From positions 896,001 to 960,000 of the forward strand of contig BK006941.2 in assembly GCA_000146045.2 (NCBI GenBank): a stretch of DNA of 64,000 nt, read 5' to 3'. The DNA comes from TPA_inf: Saccharomyces (Eukaryota). Below, piece by piece: positions 20,702 through 31,600 of the stretch. Positions within the stretch are counted from its first letter, which is position 1, and the number at the start of each line of letters is the position of its first letter. A program made the position numbers and the translations under genes. Below the pieces are notes generated by a model. It was not told the DNA's origin. It did not search any database and saw only the letters and a list, made by a program, of their open reading frames with translations.

Positions 20702-21039
20702 CGATCGTTGGCCTCGGTATCACCTCCCCCTTTCCTCTTCCTCTTTACATATATCCTAACCACACAAGCACTCATTTGATATGATAATACTTATTCGTTT
20801 TTATTCAAATAGATAGCGCAGTCTTGAAGATTTACCTATATTTTTAAACTTTTGTATAATAGTTGAAATAGATAATACAGCATTTTTTGGCTCCTGCTTC
20901 ATATCTTTTTTTTTAGGTTTTTGCTTTATATTCTTTCTTTTAACTCAACTTGTGCGGAGCAGAGGTAAAGAGGACAACTATAAATGCTGTCAAAACGAAC
21001 AATCTACAGATATTTTTACGAAAAGGAAAAAGCGCAAGA

Positions 21040-22446
21040 ATGAATCTTAAACTTTCTGCTATTGAAAGTTACTTTTTCCATAGAAGCAGACTAAATTTGC
21101 ATTCATGTTTTTATGTCGGAATCAAACTCAACGAATTGCCCAAAAAAAGTCAACTGATAGCGGCTCTTAAGTATACTGTAATCCAACATGAACGTTTGAC
21201 TTGTAATGTATTCTATGATGAATTGAAAAAGGAAAACTTCCTACAAAACATTCTTGAGCCACTGAAATTTTGCGATCTAGTAGAATACCGCCACGATTGG
21301 GACCAGTTAGGGGAAACCGAAATTAACCACATCTTTCAAAGGTATAACTTTTCATACAACGAGAATAAACCTTTATGGAAAATTCTGATCCTCCCTAATC
21401 AAAATCAAATGCTATTGCTGACAGATCATGTTCTCATGGATGGGATGTCCGCTATTCATGTGTGGGAAACGTTTATGGAAGGCCTACAGATGCAACAGCC
21501 GGTTGAAATTGATGAAACAATATATTCACCATCATTAAATTCATCAACTGAAAAAATAATGTCAGCCCCACTATACGGAGATTGGCCCATACCTTGGAAT
21601 TGGCATATAGTGCGACAATTGGTCAGTAGACTACATTATTGGTTTCCACAAACAGTCGTAAAAAACAATAGAAATTTAATCCAATTTGCCAACTACTCAT
21701 TTCCAAAAGACCTGCTGGATGATAAACCGAGCGATGGAACTCAAAAATACAAAGTTAAAAACACGAACCATCAATGGGAGTTTCGATTATCGCCGACCCA
21801 TCTCAACGACATTTTACAAGAATGCAAGGCCAATAATACTTCGTTGACTTCCCTTTTAGGTGCCCTGGTCTGCACCAGTTTCGAAAAAATAGCTGCACAT
21901 GAGTATACCGGATCATTTTTGAAAATTGAATTACCAATGAATATTAGAAAGCCTTTTGAACGAGTCTTGAAATTACCTTCAGATGATAAGCTCGCCGTGG
22001 GAAATTTTATTGCGGTCATAGAATTCAACCATAAACTACATCAAAACCGTGGAATATGGGATATCGCTTCTCAAATTCAAAGGGCCATAAGAAGCAGTTC
22101 CGAGGATAAAATAATAGATAAAGTAAACGAAGTAAAGTTATTGGAGGTTATTTCTTCTCAACAATACATAGAAGATAAAATTAGCTTGAATAACGGACCT
22201 TCTTCCACATTTGAAGTAACAAACTTAGGATTTCAAACATTTAAAGATGCATGCAACACCAGTTTACCGTTTTATATAGTGGATGCTACATTCAACGAGC
22301 CGCAAGGAATATCTTCAATTTTCTCACTAAGCGTAATCTCTACTCCTGGTAACGGACTACATTGTTGTATCAGTTATCCAAATACTCTCACTAAAGTGCT
22401 AGAACCCCACTGGCAATATATGAAAGATTACTTAAATTTATACTAG
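21040..22446 (+). CDS. SLI1: N-acetyltransferase for sphingolipid-like compounds (myriocin/ISP-1 resistance), 468 aa (YGR212W).
   Basis: The product has the condensation/acyltransferase-like fold, and length and position match SLI1. The ORF track starts at 20950, but the recalled 468-aa product starts at the ATG at 21040 (MNLKLSAIES...). Confidence 0.7.
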   Translation: MNLKLSAIESYFFHRSRLNLHSCFYVGIKLNELPKKSQLIAALKYTVIQHERLTCNVFYDELKKENFLQNILEPLKFCDLVEYRHDWDQLGETEINHIFQRYNFSYNENKPLWKILILPNQNQMLLLTDHVLMDGMSAIHVWETFMEGLQMQQPVEIDETIYSPSLNSSTEKIMSAPLYGDWPIPWNWHIVRQLVSRLHYWFPQTVVKNNRNLIQFANYSFPKDLLDDKPSDGTQKYKVKNTNHQWEFRLSPTHLNDILQECKANNTSLTSLLGALVCTSFEKIAAHEYTGSFLKIELPMNIRKPFERVLKLPSDDKLAVGNFIAVIEFNHKLHQNRGIWDIASQIQRAIRSSSEDKIIDKVNEVKLLEVISSQQYIEDKISLNNGPSSTFEVTNLGFQTFKDACNTSLPFYIVDATFNEPQGISSIFSLSVISTPGNGLHCCISYPNTLTKVLEPHWQYMKDYLNLY

Positions 22447-22511
22447 CAGCACTTCACTAGCTCAAATACAGAATAAAACCACATTTCCCACATGTAAATA
22501 TAGAAAGCAGT

Positions 22512-23465
22512 TTATTCGCTCTTTGAAGCGAGATCTTCTTCGATAGACGTCACCTCAACGTCAGGATAGTCGGTGCCGTCAAATCTTGCTGATTGTTGCG
22601 CTTGAATAGACTCTTCATGTATTCTAAAAATGTTAATTAGTGGGAACGCCACAATAAAAATTAATACGAGTAAAAACATTGGTAAACCATCAAAAATATA
22701 AAGATACCACTCGTGCGAGGCAATTTCTCCGTCATAACCCTGAATAAATTCAACAGCTCTGACGATCGACCTAATTAAAATCAGGAAACTGTTCACCAAT
22801 AAAGCAATGTTTAGGTATTTCCAACTACCATACCTTACCGATACATTGGTTGGTTTTTTGCTCATCTTGAAAATGAACAAAACCTCATTTATAATGAAGA
22901 GACCAAAAAAAGCAATTTGAATGAACAAACCAGCTGTAACGAGATGAGAACCAGAAGATGCACTTGTCACTTTAGACATCATAGCACCACCAATTGCTTG
23001 TAATAGAAGACTGCCTACATCGCCAATCACAAATATTGTAGTATTGAATCTAGCGGGCATGATCATTAAGTTTTCTGCGAACAGCAGAGTAGCCATTCTA
23101 CCAAAAATCATGTAAATACTGGCAGCATATAATGTTGGAGACACCAGCAAGAAAACCGTTTGAATAATATAGGGGTTTAGTAGTGTGGTGTCTTTGCTTG
23201 ATTTACATCTAAACGCAAAGCCCACACACTCAACAAAACACCCAAATATAAAGGGAATGTACGCTCCTGCTAAGTTTACCGTACCGTAATACCGCAATAC
23301 GGGTTGGGACTTCATAAGAGAGCCAACTCTCCTTTTACTTTTCACAGAATAATGGAATAGTAAAATTACAAATGCTACCCCTGATACTGCAAAAAGTACC
23401 GTAAAAAGTATACTCGCACCTAATTCCGGAGTGTATCTATATAACTCGAAGCCGTCTTTTGCCAT
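22512..23465 (-). CDS. RTA1: Rta1-family 7-TM lipid-translocating exporter-like protein, 317 aa (YGR213C).
   Basis: Seven predicted TM helices are present, and RTA1-like family sequence and length match. Confidence 0.8.
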   Translation of the reverse strand: MAKDGFELYRYTPELGASILFTVLFAVSGVAFVILLFHYSVKSKRRVGSLMKSQPVLRYYGTVNLAGAYIPFIFGCFVECVGFAFRCKSSKDTTLLNPYIIQTVFLLVSPTLYAASIYMIFGRMATLLFAENLMIMPARFNTTIFVIGDVGSLLLQAIGGAMMSKVTSASSGSHLVTAGLFIQIAFFGLFIINEVLFIFKMSKKPTNVSVRYGSWKYLNIALLVNSFLILIRSIVRAVEFIQGYDGEIASHEWYLYIFDGLPMFLLVLIFIVAFPLINIFRIHEESIQAQQSARFDGTDYPDVEVTSIEEDLASKSE

Positions 23466-24574
23466 GTTCGAAGTGGTGAAAAGTGCTGACTGTCTATTAC
23501 ATACTTTTACAGGGTTTATTATTATAGAATGAAACAGGCAAGGTATCTTATCCCTTTATTATGAAAACTATATATACGCATAAGTCTTTTGCTGCATGAT
23601 AAGCCCCTTCCCAAGAATATGACAACCTCTTATTGTTCTTTTCACCAAAGATCCACGGAACTCATCTTTAGCAAGTGAGGCTTGAAATATCACAGATATC
23701 ATTGTGAATACCGCATTGAGCAGATTGTTGACAGCGGGCATCTTACTAACAGGCGCAATCTAAAGAAGCCGCGAAAAAAAAAAGAACACGCTAAACGATT
23801 CACCCATGCCAGCCAAGTGTAGATTTGTTTGTAGAGGAAAACAGTTGATGAGCAATTTACAGTGTTTTTTTATCTTAGTAATATTCATCAAAATTCATAG
23901 GAAATAGTCAATGATGCATGTCTGAAAACAAAACGACCTATATACCTTATTGTGGCTTGTAAAGTTTAAACTTAAAAATAAACTTTCTTTTTGAATGATA
24001 GATATTTCCGCTTTTGGATGCGCTTCACAAGAATAGAAGCAAAAAGTCCGGTTAAAATTGAAATATGATAAAAACCCAAACATATTAAAAAACCCAGACA
24101 TAAAGAAAAAAACTTTGAAAAAAAAAGTATTATGCCGCTGAGCGCGCCACGTTAAAAGCTCGAATTCTTCGCATTGGTAGTAGCGCAAAGTCCAATGAGC
24201 GCACCTCAAGTGAGAAACGCAGGCCCAGAGATTCTCCAGGCAGGAAGGAATTGGGACAGATCCTGCCTGGAGGGATGGAGGAATTTACTTCGTAGGCTGG
24301 AACAGGCTCATCTCAGCCAACGATTGTAAATGTGCAGGGCCATCGTTACAATCCTGCGCACCCTACCATGGATACCAGAATCCCGTCGTGTTCCCAATTG
24401 TGAGTAGTACAGTGGCCTGCTGCCGGGCAGATAGTAGCAGGGCAGGACACTTGCCAGATCCCGTAGCAAGGATGCTTATAATATATCGAAATGTAGCATT
24501 GTTAGTTTACTTCGTAAACTGCCCTTGTAGAGTGAGGTATAGCTTAGAAAATAGCAAACTAAATAGAGAGCGAA

Positions 24575-25788
24575 ATGTCCTTACCAGCTACTTTTGACTT
24601 GACTCCAGAAGATGCCCAACTTTTGTTGGCTGCTAACACTCACTTAGGTGCTAGAAACGTTCAAGTATGTTATACTCATTCCCGATTATATAATAGAGTA
24701 ATGTGTGATTGAAAACAGTTCGAGTGAAAGAATAGCCACAACCAGGTTTCCCGCCAACCAAACGGAATGCTGGGATAGCATTTTTCAGGCTGAATAAGAA
24801 GAGAAATATATGAACAATCATTAAAACAGTTTGAAACTCCAGCTAATTATCAGCGAATATTTTGCCAATAGACTTTCTAATTGTATTATGTTATTAAATT
24901 TTAAATCGCTAATGAAAAAAAAAAACAAACCTTTGGTATTAAACCTCTTTCAATGAAATCAATTAATTCCGGTACCTATTCTTCCGACGCTGTTAGCCAA
25001 CTATAAATGCCATTTTTTCATAGTACATTAATTTGAATCAGTTGATCATTCACAGCATATACCAAGTGTACGTTTTTGAATCTTTTATACTAACTTTTTC
25101 TTCTTTAATTTTGTTTCAGGTTCACCAAGAACCATATGTTTTCAACGCAAGACCAGATGGTGTCCACGTTATCAACGTTGGTAAGACCTGGGAAAAATTG
25201 GTTTTGGCTGCCAGAATCATCGCTGCCATTCCAAACCCAGAAGACGTTGTTGCCATCTCTTCCAGAACTTTCGGTCAAAGGGCTGTTTTGAAGTTCGCTG
25301 CCCACACCGGTGCTACCCCAATCGCCGGTAGATTCACTCCAGGTTCTTTCACCAATTATATCACCCGTTCTTTCAAGGAACCAAGATTAGTTATTGTCAC
25401 CGACCCAAGATCAGATGCTCAAGCCATCAAGGAAGCTTCTTACGTTAACATCCCTGTCATTGCTCTAACTGATCTTGACTCTCCATCAGAATTCGTCGAT
25501 GTCGCTATCCCATGTAACAACAGAGGTAAGCACTCCATTGGTTTAATCTGGTACTTATTGGCTAGAGAAGTTTTGAGACTAAGAGGTGCTTTAGTTGACA
25601 GAACTCAACCATGGTCCATCATGCCAGATTTGTACTTCTACAGAGACCCTGAAGAAGTTGAACAACAAGTTGCTGAAGAAGCTACCACCGAAGAAGCTGG
25701 TGAAGAAGAAGCCAAGGAAGAGGTTACCGAAGAGCAAGCTGAAGCTACTGAATGGGCTGAAGAAAATGCTGACAACGTCGAGTGGTAA
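24575..25788 (+). CDS. RPS0A: 40S ribosomal protein S0-A (uS2), spliced. Exon 1 is 24575..24664, the intron is 24665..25119, and exon 2 is 25120..25788, giving 252 aa.
   Basis: Exon 1 encodes [30 protein letters not shown]. The intron has a GTATGT 5' splice site at 24665, a TACTAAC branchpoint at 25088-25094 and a CAG 3' splice site at 25117-25119. Exon 2 continues [20 protein letters not shown]..., which is the uS2 family, and ends in an acidic C-terminal tail. Confidence 0.9.
24665..25119 (+). other. RPS0A: RPS0A spliceosomal intron (455 nt).
   Basis: The intron has canonical yeast signals: GUAUGU, UACUAAC and a poly-U stretch followed by CAG. Removing it restores the uS2 reading frame. 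Confidence 0.9.
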
Positions 25789-26156
25789 GTAAGGTGATAT
25801 TTACAAATAGTATATTAATAATTATAGTATAATGTTTTATTAGAATAACAGATTTCTTTATCAATTTAGCGGCTAAATAAAAATCAAGAAAAAAGAAATA
25901 CATTCATTGTGTCATCTTGTCACACATTTAGCCATGTACTTTATTTGCTGAGAAGTTTAATCAATTGAGAGTAGTTAGCTATTGTAGTAAAAATGTGCAA
26001 ATGAAGTCTTATCAACACGTAGCGTATATAGTGATCTAAAACAGTTAGAAATATAATAAGCGAACTTCTAAACCATTTTAGAGCACATAGCCATGGAGAA
26101 TAGGTACTTGTTTTGACCCGCTCGACGAAGTGGTACGTAGTGATTGCGTGGATTAG

Positions 26157-26507
<351 letters not shown>

Positions 26508-26632
26508 TTGGAGCACCCTTACTAAAAAAAATATTCATTATGTAGAAACTCATTTCATGTACATACAAAATCAAAAATAAAACAACAAATAGCTGAAGCA
26601 AGAAAACGCTACTTTACTTATAAAAGAAAACG

Positions 26633-28462
26633 TTATGCCTGAATAGTCAGCCTTTTGTATAAATCCTTTACACTCAATGGCTTACTAGGCAGTGAAGAAT
26701 AAAGAACATAGTACAGCTTATTTCTATTGACCATTATAGACTCCCCTCGGACAATCTTTCGTACAGTAGCAAACGAGAAATAATTTGTCCTCATTTGCGA
26801 CAACAATAGATTGTATGGTCTGAACATACTCTTGAATTTAATAGGATTGTTTTGAAGTTCTAAGGTTGTATGCTTGTTAGAAACCGTGGTTTTGAGCTCA
26901 ATTGAAATGCCACCGGGTAGACGTTTAGGATCTTTTAACCTAAGTAATAATGCGAACAATGGAAAATGGTTAATGAGTGCAATGACAGCTTCCGAGAATA
27001 TTTCGATAGTTATTGTTAGCATTCTCAAAACTGTGTATGACATATAGAATGCCATCACTGTGGGAGTCAAGAACACTAGAATAATAAATAATAATGTTCC
27101 CAATAGCAATTGATCTAGTTGAAAATAGTTATGGTCAATCCTATTTCGTAAAACGTTCCTCTTTTTACCGCAGAACAGGTTAAAAAGACTAGCCATAATA
27201 TTCAACTGACAATGGTACAGTTTACTGCTGATACGATAAAAAACATATATTGGAAAACTTAAAATTGCAAAAAAATCAATCGCTAGGGAAACAGCAAAAG
27301 AAAAGCCAACGAGAAACATCATATATATCGTTAACGTGAGCAAAGATGATAGGGTTTTCGGATCAATGAGTCTTTTTATGAATGTGGTATAAGAAAATTC
27401 TATCACCCAAAGAAATAATTCGCTCAAAAAGTTCGCAAGTTCTGCATTTAATTTGATGCCAAGGGGGTTATTTGCTAACGTTTCAGTTATTGTTTTTAAT
27501 GAATCATATAAAAAAAACTTCAATACTCTATGGGATGCCGACACCAAGAAATCTCGATTCTCAATAAGTATGGCCCCCAATATTAAACCAAATGAAATGT
27601 CATTAATAATAAGCCAAATTGTATTATACAATAAAATATAATCGGGATAGAATTTAGAAGGCATATATGAATGTGAGAATTGACTATTAGAATTATCTTT
27701 TTCCACCATAGAGCCAACATTCTGTATGTTATCCTTCTTATTAATACGCTCATACTGTACTGGGAAATAGCAAATTTGTTGACAACGAAGATCGATTTGC
27801 TGGACAAATGCCGAGTAATTTACCAACTGAAAGTGCGAATAATTTAATAACGAGGATACGAGACTAGCAATAGAGCAGATCACAAAAGTCAAATAAAAAC
27901 CAATTTTTGCGACCATTTTATAAATACAAGTAGATGAACACCAAGCTGCGACACTATTAAGCATAGTACCCCTCAAATTTTCCTGTGATGTTTGAATAAA
28001 CGGGTAAAGCTCATTTAATGCTTTACAATATGCGGGGAATAGATTAATGATGTTCAAAGTTTCACTCAATTTCTTATTATCTCTCTTGTATCTTGGATGT
28101 TGCTCTAATTTAGAATAGTTCAGAGTTTCACCCACACTACTATGAAGACCAACTTCTTTTTCTGGTATGATGAGCGAGATGGGATCAGAAGAATAGAATT
28201 GCATAAATTTCAGCTTGGGTATTCTAAAATGGACATTACAGGGATCAGCAACTTTGTAGTTCCAACCCTCCGCTCCATTGTTCTTAGTAGCTACCACTGA
28301 ATAAGGGGGCCGTATGCTTACTTCTTCTAAATACTGAGGTTCGCAAACACCTAAGACAACAAAATGCGTCTTCTCAAATGAAATTGCCAAAGCTACCTGA
28401 GGTCCTTGAGCTGCGGAATTCTCGAACAAGGATTCGTATGGCCAGAAAATGTAATTTGGCAT
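26633..28462 (-). CDS. GPI1: GPI-GlcNAc transferase complex subunit (PIG-Q homologue), 609 aa (YGR216C).
   Basis: A multi-pass membrane protein whose length and sequence match Gpi1. Confidence 0.85.
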   Translation of the reverse strand: MPNYIFWPYESLFENSAAQGPQVALAISFEKTHFVVLGVCEPQYLEEVSIRPPYSVVATKNNGAEGWNYKVADPCNVHFRIPKLKFMQFYSSDPISLIIPEKEVGLHSSVGETLNYSKLEQHPRYKRDNKKLSETLNIINLFPAYCKALNELYPFIQTSQENLRGTMLNSVAAWCSSTCIYKMVAKIGFYLTFVICSIASLVSSLLNYSHFQLVNYSAFVQQIDLRCQQICYFPVQYERINKKDNIQNVGSMVEKDNSNSQFSHSYMPSKFYPDYILLYNTIWLIINDISFGLILGAILIENRDFLVSASHRVLKFFLYDSLKTITETLANNPLGIKLNAELANFLSELFLWVIEFSYTTFIKRLIDPKTLSSLLTLTIYMMFLVGFSFAVSLAIDFFAILSFPIYVFYRISSKLYHCQLNIMASLFNLFCGKKRNVLRNRIDHNYFQLDQLLLGTLLFIILVFLTPTVMAFYMSYTVLRMLTITIEIFSEAVIALINHFPLFALLLRLKDPKRLPGGISIELKTTVSNKHTTLELQNNPIKFKSMFRPYNLLLSQMRTNYFSFATVRKIVRGESIMVNRNKLYYVLYSSLPSKPLSVKDLYKRLTIQA

Positions 28463-28695
28463 GTCATTTAACTGTATAAAACCGCCCCTGAATTCGAAGG
28501 TTCCTGTTCACAGAGGAATTTTCATTCTTTTTGGTATTATGTTCTGGTAGGTTTTTTTCATATTCTACATTTCGGCATTCTCACTGAAAATAAATATAGA
28601 TGAGATAGAAGATCATGAATCAATGGTTGGTGACAAGCTAACATAAGGAAAATCAAAATACACGGCATTACTAAATAGAATATATTGTTAGTACT

Positions 28696-31600
28696 ATGCA
28701 GGGGAGAAAAAGGACGCTTACGGAACCATTTGAGCCAAATACCAATCCATTTGGGGACAATGCAGCAGTAATGACGGAAAATGTTGAGGATAACAGCGAA
28801 ACAGATGGTAACCGTCTAGAATCAAAACCACAAGCTTTGGTCCCACCAGCTTTAAATATCGTGCCACCAGAGAGCAGCATCCACAGTACTGAAGAAAAAA
28901 AAGGTGACGAGTACAATGGAAATGATAAAGATAGCTCCTTAATCTCCAACATATTTCGTACTCGTGTCGGAAGGAGTAGTCATGAAAACTTGAGCAGGCC
29001 TAAACTCTCACTTAAAACAGCATCATTTGGTGCCGCTGAATCTTCCCGGCGTAATGTTTCACCCTCTACAAAATCTGCCAAGTCTAGTTCGCAGTATATT
29101 GATTTAAATGATGAAAGGCTACGCAGGCGTAGCTTCAGTAGTTATAGCCGATCATCTAGTAGGCGTGTTTCTAATTCACCAAGCTCAACGGATAGGCCTC
29201 CACGGTCGGCAAAGGTTTTATCGCTAATTGCCGCTGATGATATGGATGATTTTGAAGATTTGCAAAAGGGATTTAAAAGTGCAATAGACGAAGAGGGCCT
29301 GACATGGCTACCCCAATTAAAATCAGAAAAAAGCCGTCCTGTATCAGACGTTGGAGAAGATAGAGGAGAAGGAGAACAAGAATCTATACCTGACGTTCAT
29401 ACACCCAATGTAGGAGCAAGCGCTACTCCAGGATCAATTCATCTAACACCCGAACCCGCGCAGAATGGTTCGGTATCTGAGGGTCTAGAAGGCTCTATTA
29501 ATAATTCAAGAAAGAAACCCAGTCCAAAGTTTTTTCATCATTTATCACCGCAAAAAGAAGATAAAGACCAAACAGAAGTTATTGAGTATGCTGAAGACAT
29601 TCTAGATTTTGAAACCCTTCAAAGAAAACTGGAATCAAGGCCCTTTGTGCTTTATGGACATTCTCTTGGGGTTTTCTCGCCTACGAATCCGCTAAGAATA
29701 AAAATTGCTCGTTTTTTGTTGCATAGGCGGTATTCGTTACTTTACAACACTTTGTTAACATTTTATGCCATTCTCCTGGCGATAAGGACATATAACCCTC
29801 ACAATGTGGTTTTTTTATACCGTTTCTCTAACTGGACCGACTATTTCATTTTTATTTTATCAGCTTGCTTTACAGGCAATGATATTGCTAAAATAATTGC
29901 GTTTGGATTTTGGGACGATTCTGAAATGTTTAAAGCCTATGGACGTGAGTATAAATCAATCTTACAGAGATCTGGAATTATGAAACTATACATATATCTG
30001 AGAGAAAAGTATGGTAGAAAGCTAATAGATTTCATTATTCCATTTAGGATCATATCGCCGGGAGAAGAGACAAAATATCAACGAAGTTCGTTGAGTACTT
30101 CCCTGACGAAACCTTATGGGGCAAAGGAAAATCAGAGGCCTTTTGGCACCCCAAGAGCCTTTGCGAGATCATCGTGGAATAGAATAGATCTGGTATCTTC
30201 TGTCAGTTTTTGGCTAGGTATGTTTTTATCCATAAAAAGTTATGATACAAAAACAGGCATAAGAATATTCAAGCCCCTTGCTATATTAAGGATTCTTCGA
30301 CTTGTAAACGTGGATACTGGTATGCCCTCAATTCTAAGGGGATTGAAATATGGTATCCCACAGTTGGTAAATGTTAGTTCAATGCTAGTTTACTTTTGGA
30401 TTTTCTTTGGGATTTTGGGAGTACAGATTTTTCAGGGCTCTTTTCGAAGACAATGTGTATGGTTTAACCCTGAAGATCCTACCGATACTTACCAGTACGA
30501 TATGCAATTCTGTGGTGGTTACCTAGATCCAGTAACAAAACGAAAACAAAATTATATCTATGAAGACGGATCAGAAGGTTCTGTTTCAAAAGGCTTTCTT
30601 TGCCCACAATATTCGAAATGTGTTTCCAATGCCAACCCCTACAACGGCAGAATTAGTTTTGATAATATTGTTAATTCCATGGAGCTCGTTTTTGTCATTA
30701 TGAGTGCGAATACTTTTACTGACTTAATGTACTATACGATGGATTCGGATGAAATGGCTGCCTGTTTGTTTTTTATTGTTTGCATCTTTGTTTTAACTAT
30801 CTGGCTGCTAAATCTACTCATTGCAGTGTTGGTATCATCTTTTGAAATAGCCAATGAGGAGTACAAAAAGAAAAAGTTCATATATGGTTCTAGAAAGACA
30901 GGTTATGTTGCTCGCATAGTAACAGGCTACTGGAAATATTTTAAGCTTAAGGCGAATCAGACAAAATTCCCAAATTGGTCCCAAAAAGGACTAGCTATTT
31001 ATTCCCACGTTGAGTTTATCTTTGTCATACTTATTATTTGCGATATAGGTATGCGCGCCTCTGTTAAAGTATCGACTTCGGCAAACTGTAACAATATCCT
31101 TCTAAAAACTGACAGGGGAATTTCGATTGTTCTCTTCATCGAATCACTGGCAAGGTTAGTATTATATCTGCCCAATATGTGGAAGTTTTTAACAAAACCT
31201 AGTTACGTTTACGATTTTATTATATCAATTATTACTCTGGTTATTAGTTGCCTGGCTGTTGAAGGGGTTCTAGGACATATGTATGCCTGGCTATCCATAT
31301 TCCACATATCCAGATTTTACAGGGTGATTATTTCTTTCAATTTAACAAAAAAACTATGGAAACAAATATTGAGTAATGGTGTTATGATTTGGAACTTATC
31401 GTCTTTTTACTTTTTTTTCACCTTTTTGGTTGCTATAATCATGGCTGTGTATTTCGAAGGCGTGATTCCTCCAGAAGAAATGGCAGACCAGCCATTTGGA
31501 ATGTATTCACTACCGAATTCATTTCTTTCTTTGTTTATAATAGGTTCAACTGAAAATTGGACGGATATCCTATATGCCCTCCAAAAACACTCACCAAACA

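Noticed and set aside
24357-24370. Possible Rap1 site GCACCCTACCATGG upstream of RPS0A.
   Set aside because: It deviates from the ACACCCRYACAYM consensus at two or more positions, and I am not confident it is functional.
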